Part shown: in pieces, positions 60,325 to 64,000 of the stretch
How the letters are laid out: each line of letters starts with the position of its first letter
How positions within the stretch are numbered: the stretch's first letter is position 1
Sequence record: NZ_CP028351.1
Origin: a plasmid
Strand: one strand, 5' to 3'
Length of the DNA: 64,000 nt
The notes under the pieces: generated by a model
The model's input: the letters and a program-made list of their open reading frames with translations, nothing else
Database searches by the model: none
Told to the model about the DNA's origin: nothing
Translations under genes and position numbers: made by a program

Positions 60325-62300
60325 TTATCAGCCTGTTGCTCGACGGTGCGCAGGAAGAAGTCGAGCGTGTTGTCGATAGTGACATCCATCGTGACGGTCG
60401 GCGTCCAGCCCAGCAAACGACGCGCATTGCGGATAGCGGGTTTGCGGTGCTCTACATCCTGATAGCCTTTGCCGTAGTAGCTGCTGCTCTCCACTTCACG
60501 GAAACCGGCAAACGGCGGGAACTGGCTGCGCAGCGGATGACGCTCAAAGCTTTCCAGCAGCTGCTCGGCCAGCTCTTTGATACTGGCTTCATTGTCCGGG
60601 TTACCGATATTGATGATCTGACCATCACAATTCTGCTGCTTGTTTTCGATGATGCGGAACAGCGCTTCCACGCCATCCTGAATATCGGTAAAGCAGCGCT
60701 TCTGTTTGCCGCCGTCGATCAGCTTAATCGGCGAACCTTCTACCAGGTTGAGGATCAGCTGAGTGATCGCACGGGAGCTGCCGATGCGTGCCGCATTGAG
60801 GTTATCCAGACGCGGTCCCATCCAGTTGAAGGGACGGAACAGGGTAAAACGCAGCCCCTCTTTTTCGCCATATGCCCAGATCACGCGGTCCAGCAGCTGT
60901 TTGGATACGGAGTAGATCCAGCGCTGTTTGTTAATCGGCCCGACCACCAGGTTTGAGAAATCCTCATCGAAGCTGGCATCGGTACACATGCCGTAGACCT
61001 CAGAGGTAGACGGGAAAATGATGCGCTTCTGATACTTCACGCAGTCGCGAATGATTTTCAGGTTCTCTTCGAAATCGAGTTCAAACACGCGCAGTGGGTT
61101 GCGGGTGTACTCAATCGGCGTCGCGATCGCCACCAGCGGCAGGATGACGTCACATTTTTTGATGTGATACTCAATCCATTCGGAGTGAATAGCGATATCC
61201 CCTTCAACGAAATGGAAGCGCGGATGTTCCAGGAAGCGGCTGATAGCGTCTGAACTGATATCCAGGCCATAGACTTCAAAATGTTCATCCTGTAGCAACC
61301 GCTCGGTGAGATGGTTACCGATAAAGCCGTTAACGCCGAGGATCAGCACGCGGGTGCGGCGTTGCAGCACCGACTGCGGCTTTGAATAGAGCAATGCGCC
61401 AGGCACCATGCCCAGGCTCTGCGCCAGCTGACTGCCGTTCATGTAAACGCCATGCTCAGACTGTCCGGTCTGGATTTCCAGTGCGCCTTCGCCGCAGGCG
61501 ATCAGGAACGGCTGTTTAGAGATGACCGTACCCGGTTTCGCCTGCTGCTGCTGCGGATGAACCCGGCTCTTCCAGACGATAAATTTAACCGAACCGGCAA
61601 AGGCGAATGCGCCAGGCCAGGGATCGGTGACCGCTCTGACCAGATTGTGAATCGTCGCAGCAGGCTGATTCCAGTCAATGCGGCCATCTTCGGCCGTGCG
61701 ACCGCCCACGCGGGTTGCCTGGCTCTCATCCTGTGGCCACTCACTGACCTCACCCTGACGCAGGCGAGGCAATACGTCGCTCAGCAACTGCTCTGCGGCC
61801 TGAATCAGCTTGCGATGCAGCGTCAGCGCATTGTCCTGATCGTCAATGGCCACTTTCTGCTGCGCCAGAATATTACCGGCATCAGCGCGCTTCACCATGC
61901 GATGCAGCGTGACGCCGGTTTCTCGCTCGCCATTGACCAGCGCCCAGTTCAGCGGTGCCCGGCCGCGGTATTTAGGCAGCAGGGAGCCATGCAGGTTAAA
62001 GGCCCCTTTCTGAGCGCATTGCAGGATCTCATCGCTCAGCAGATGGCGATAGTAGAAGGAGAAGATCATCTCTGGTGCCATGGTACGGATGCGGTCAAGC
62101 CAGATCGGATGATTCGCCTCGTCCGGTGCATAAACCGGAATACCGTGCTCTGCCGCCAGGCGGGCTACCGAGCCGAAAAAGTTATTTTCGGTCGCCACGT
62201 CGTTGTGCGTGAAAATGGCGGTGATCTCATAGCCTGCATTCAGCAGGGCATTGATGCCGACACAGCCCATGTCGTGATAGGCGAAAACAACGGTCTTCAT
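60321..62300 (-). CDS. arnA: Bifunctional UDP-glucuronic acid decarboxylase / UDP-Ara4N formyltransferase ArnA
   Basis: 659 aa. N-terminal formyltransferase domain ([16 protein letters not shown]...[20 protein letters not shown]) plus a C-terminal NAD-dependent epimerase/decarboxylase domain ([15 protein letters not shown]). Confidence 0.95.
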   Translation of the reverse strand: MKTVVFAYHDMGCVGINALLNAGYEITAIFTHNDVATENNFFGSVARLAAEHGIPVYAPDEANHPIWLDRIRTMAPEMIFSFYYRHLLSDEILQCAQKGAFNLHGSLLPKYRGRAPLNWALVNGERETGVTLHRMVKRADAGNILAQQKVAIDDQDNALTLHRKLIQAAEQLLSDVLPRLRQGEVSEWPQDESQATRVGGRTAEDGRIDWNQPAATIHNLVRAVTDPWPGAFAFAGSVKFIVWKSRVHPQQQQAKPGTVISKQPFLIACGEGALEIQTGQSEHGVYMNGSQLAQSLGMVPGALLYSKPQSVLQRRTRVLILGVNGFIGNHLTERLLQDEHFEVYGLDISSDAISRFLEHPRFHFVEGDIAIHSEWIEYHIKKCDVILPLVAIATPIEYTRNPLRVFELDFEENLKIIRDCVKYQKRIIFPSTSEVYGMCTDASFDEDFSNLVVGPINKQRWIYSVSKQLLDRVIWAYGEKEGLRFTLFRPFNWMGPRLDNLNAARIGSSRAITQLILNLVEGSPIKLIDGGKQKRCFTDIQDGVEALFRIIENKQQNCDGQIINIGNPDNEASIKELAEQLLESFERHPLRSQFPPFAGFREVESSSYYGKGYQDVEHRKPAIRNARRLLGWTPTVTMDVTIDNTLDFFLRTVEQQADK

Positions 62301-63301
62301 GATTGAGTATCCTGTACTGAAGGCTCTTCAGGAGCCTGAACAATGCGTTGAACGAAATAGCGCGGACGCGCGCGAACATCGTTATAAATGCGCCCGATGT
62401 ACTCCCCGAGCAGTCCCATACCCACAAACTGGGCGCCGATAAACATGAACAGCACGGCGAACAACACGAAGACGCCGTCACCCGCCCAGGCCGCACCAAA
62501 AAAGAGTCGCAATACGATTAGCACCAGTGAGAAAGCAAAGCCGGAGAGCGCAATCAGGCTGCCGACCACGCTAAGCAGTCGCAGTGGCGTAGTGGTCAGG
62601 CAGGTCACCAGGTCGTACATCAGGTTGATCAGGCGCATAAAGCTGTATTTCGAATCGCCAAAAGCGCGTTCGGCGTGGATCACCGGCAGCTCGATGGTGT
62701 GACGGGCAAAGGTATTGGCCAGAATCGGAATAAAGGTGCTGCGTTCGTGGCAGTTGAGCATCGCCTCGACGATGTGGCGGCGGTAGGCGCGCAGCATGCA
62801 GCCATAATCCCCCATTGCTTTGCCGGTGACCCGCTGAATCAGGTGGTTGAGCGTGCGCGAAGCCTTGCGACGGAACCAGGTGTCCTGGCGCTGCTGCCGG
62901 ACGGTGCCCACCACGTCATACCCCTGACGCGCAGCCTCGACCAGCCGCGGGATCTCTTCCGGCGGGTTCTGCAGATCGGCATCAAGGGTAATAATCAGAT
63001 CGCCACGGACCTGGCTGAACCCGGCCATGATGGCCGAGTGCTGACCATAGTTGCGGTTGAGCAGCACGCCGGTTATCCGGCTGCCGGGAACGGTGGCGGC
63101 CTGTTCAATCAGTTCGGCAGAGCGGTCACTGCTGCCGTCATCCACCAGCAGAATTTCATATTCAAGGTTGATGGCGTCGCAGGCGGCGCTGGTGCGCTGC
63201 AGCAGCTCCGGCAAACTCTCCTGCTCGTTATAGACAGGGATCACCACGGACAGCATATTGATCGGTTTGATATCGCGCATCTCAGGCTCCGGCAATGTCA
63301 T
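62297..63301 (-). CDS. arnC: Undecaprenyl-phosphate 4-deoxy-4-formamido-L-arabinose transferase ArnC
   Basis: 334 aa GT2 glycosyltransferase ([25 protein letters not shown]) with two C-terminal TM helices. Confidence 0.95.
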   Translation of the reverse strand: MTLPEPEMRDIKPINMLSVVIPVYNEQESLPELLQRTSAACDAINLEYEILLVDDGSSDRSAELIEQAATVPGSRITGVLLNRNYGQHSAIMAGFSQVRGDLIITLDADLQNPPEEIPRLVEAARQGYDVVGTVRQQRQDTWFRRKASRTLNHLIQRVTGKAMGDYGCMLRAYRRHIVEAMLNCHERSTFIPILANTFARHTIELPVIHAERAFGDSKYSFMRLINLMYDLVTCLTTTPLRLLSVVGSLIALSGFAFSLVLIVLRLFFGAAWAGDGVFVLFAVLFMFIGAQFVGMGLLGEYIGRIYNDVRARPRYFVQRIVQAPEEPSVQDTQS

Positions 63302-64000
63302 GTAAAGCCTGAATCACGCGTTCAACATCCTGATCCGTCATGGATGGAAACAGCGGAATTGAACACATCTGCTGGCTGTTACGATCACTGGCGGGCAGAC
63401 GCAGATCGGGATAGCGCTCGCGGTAATATTTGTGGGTATGAGCTGCACGGAAATGCAGGCCGCTGCCGATGTCCCGCGTCTTCAGCGCCTGCATAAAGGC
63501 ATCACGGGACAGGCCGCAGTGTTGTTCATCAATGCGGATAATAAACAGGTGCCAGGCATGCTGATGCGGCCACTCTGGCCGTGAAAGTGGCGTAAAAGGC
63601 AGCGAGCACAGCGCCTCAAGATAGCGTTCAGCAATCTCACGGCGGCGGGCAATAAAACCTGGCAGTTTCTTTAACTGTACCAGCGCAATGGCTGCGCTGA
63701 TATCGGGCAGATTGTATTTGAAGCCCGGCATCATCACTTCCGCCTGCGGCAGACGCCCCTGGGTCTGACGATCAAATGCATCCACAGCAAGGCCATGAAA
63801 CTTCAGGCTGCGGATACGATCGGCGAGAGCGGCGTCATCGGTCACGACCAGGCCGCCTTCCGCGCAGGTGATGTTTTTGATGGCGTGAAACGAGAAGATT
63901 GCCGTGCCGCGATGTCCGACCGGCCTGTCGTGATAAGTCGTGCCCACCGCGTGAGCCGCATCTTCAATAATGGCAATGCCATGCTGCTCAGCCAGTTGAT
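63282..64000 (-). CDS. arnB: UDP-4-amino-4-deoxy-L-arabinose--oxoglutarate aminotransferase ArnB (C-terminal ~240 aa; N-terminus lies beyond the window edge)
   Basis: The reading frame continues upstream of the reported ORF (...[52 protein letters not shown]...). It matches ArnB (DegT/DnrJ/EryC1 aminotransferase) through to the C-terminus ...[11 protein letters not shown]. Confidence 0.9.
   Translation of the reverse strand, partial: QLAEQHGIAIIEDAAHAVGTTYHDRPVGHRGTAIFSFHAIKNITCAEGGLVVTDDAALADRIRSLKFHGLAVDAFDRQTQGRLPQAEVMMPGFKYNLPDISAAIALVQLKKLPGFIARRREIAERYLEALCSLPFTPLSRPEWPHQHAWHLFIIRIDEQHCGLSRDAFMQALKTRDIGSGLHFRAAHTHKYYRERYPDLRLPASDRNSQQMCSIPLFPSMTDQDVERVIQALHDIAGA

Noticed and set aside
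1-64000. CRISPR arrays, rRNA or tRNA genes, and IS or transposase genes
   Set aside because: Scanning turned up no regularly spaced direct repeats, no rRNA-like or cloverleaf-capable segments, and no transposase-like ORFs.

Overview
This 64-kb chromosomal segment looks like it comes from an Enterobacterales (Erwiniaceae: Pantoea/Erwinia-like) genome, at roughly 54% GC with AT-rich accessory patches. I saw no rRNA, tRNA or CRISPR, and every call below rests on reading the sequence and recalling protein families, with no database search. Main points, left to right:

- **Gene decay at the left end (144..10749).** Two transmembrane Tar/Tsr-type chemoreceptors, an MBL-fold hydrolase, a ydeP-like molybdo-oxidoreductase (at least 6 frameshifts) and a ComB-like phosphatase are all broken by frameshifts. 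Further right, a diguanylate cyclase with an internal deletion, a frameshifted VOC gene and a probable feoC remnant are also dead. About 35 kb of other coding sequence is intact, including a 3.1-kb acrD-like pump gene and arnA, so this looks like genuine pseudogenisation rather than sequencing error.
- **Intact core genes.** These include yajD, an acrD-like RND pump, a yciG-like stress protein, a cytoplasmic FIST-domain chemoreceptor, ahr, a GlxA-family regulator with an adjacent MBL hydrolase, yfaZ, ygdI-like, DUF1090 and ygiW.
- **H-NS paralog island.** Two H-NS-family genes bracket the dead cyclase and VOC genes in an AT-rich patch.
- **feoAB followed by a Cre-like module.** Right after feoB sits a Cre-like tyrosine recombinase (about 45-50% identical to P1 Cre by eye). 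Its upstream region carries a 34-bp lox-type site whose 13-bp arms are loxP arms (one mismatch) around a different 8-bp spacer, AGAACAAT.
- **Sulfur-scavenging supercluster (34.7-51.3 kb).** It holds three SfnB/DszC-like genes, two DszA/NtaA-family LLM monooxygenases, an ssuD-like gene, an FAD protein, an MFS transporter and a MetQNI-like ABC importer. They form two convergent operons. The minus-strand operon has a near-consensus sigma54 promoter. The divergently placed sigma54 activator has no N-terminal sensor and instead carries a C-terminal, signal-peptide-less SsuA-like solute-binding domain, a paralog of the adjacent periplasmic SsuA-like protein.
- **Right end.** A glutathione-independent formaldehyde dehydrogenase gene (fdhA), then a small patch (2-TM protein, putative DUF4225-like membrane protein, HAD-II dehalogenase, solitary 509-aa Fic protein), then the complete arnBCADTEF operon (arnB partial at the window edge).
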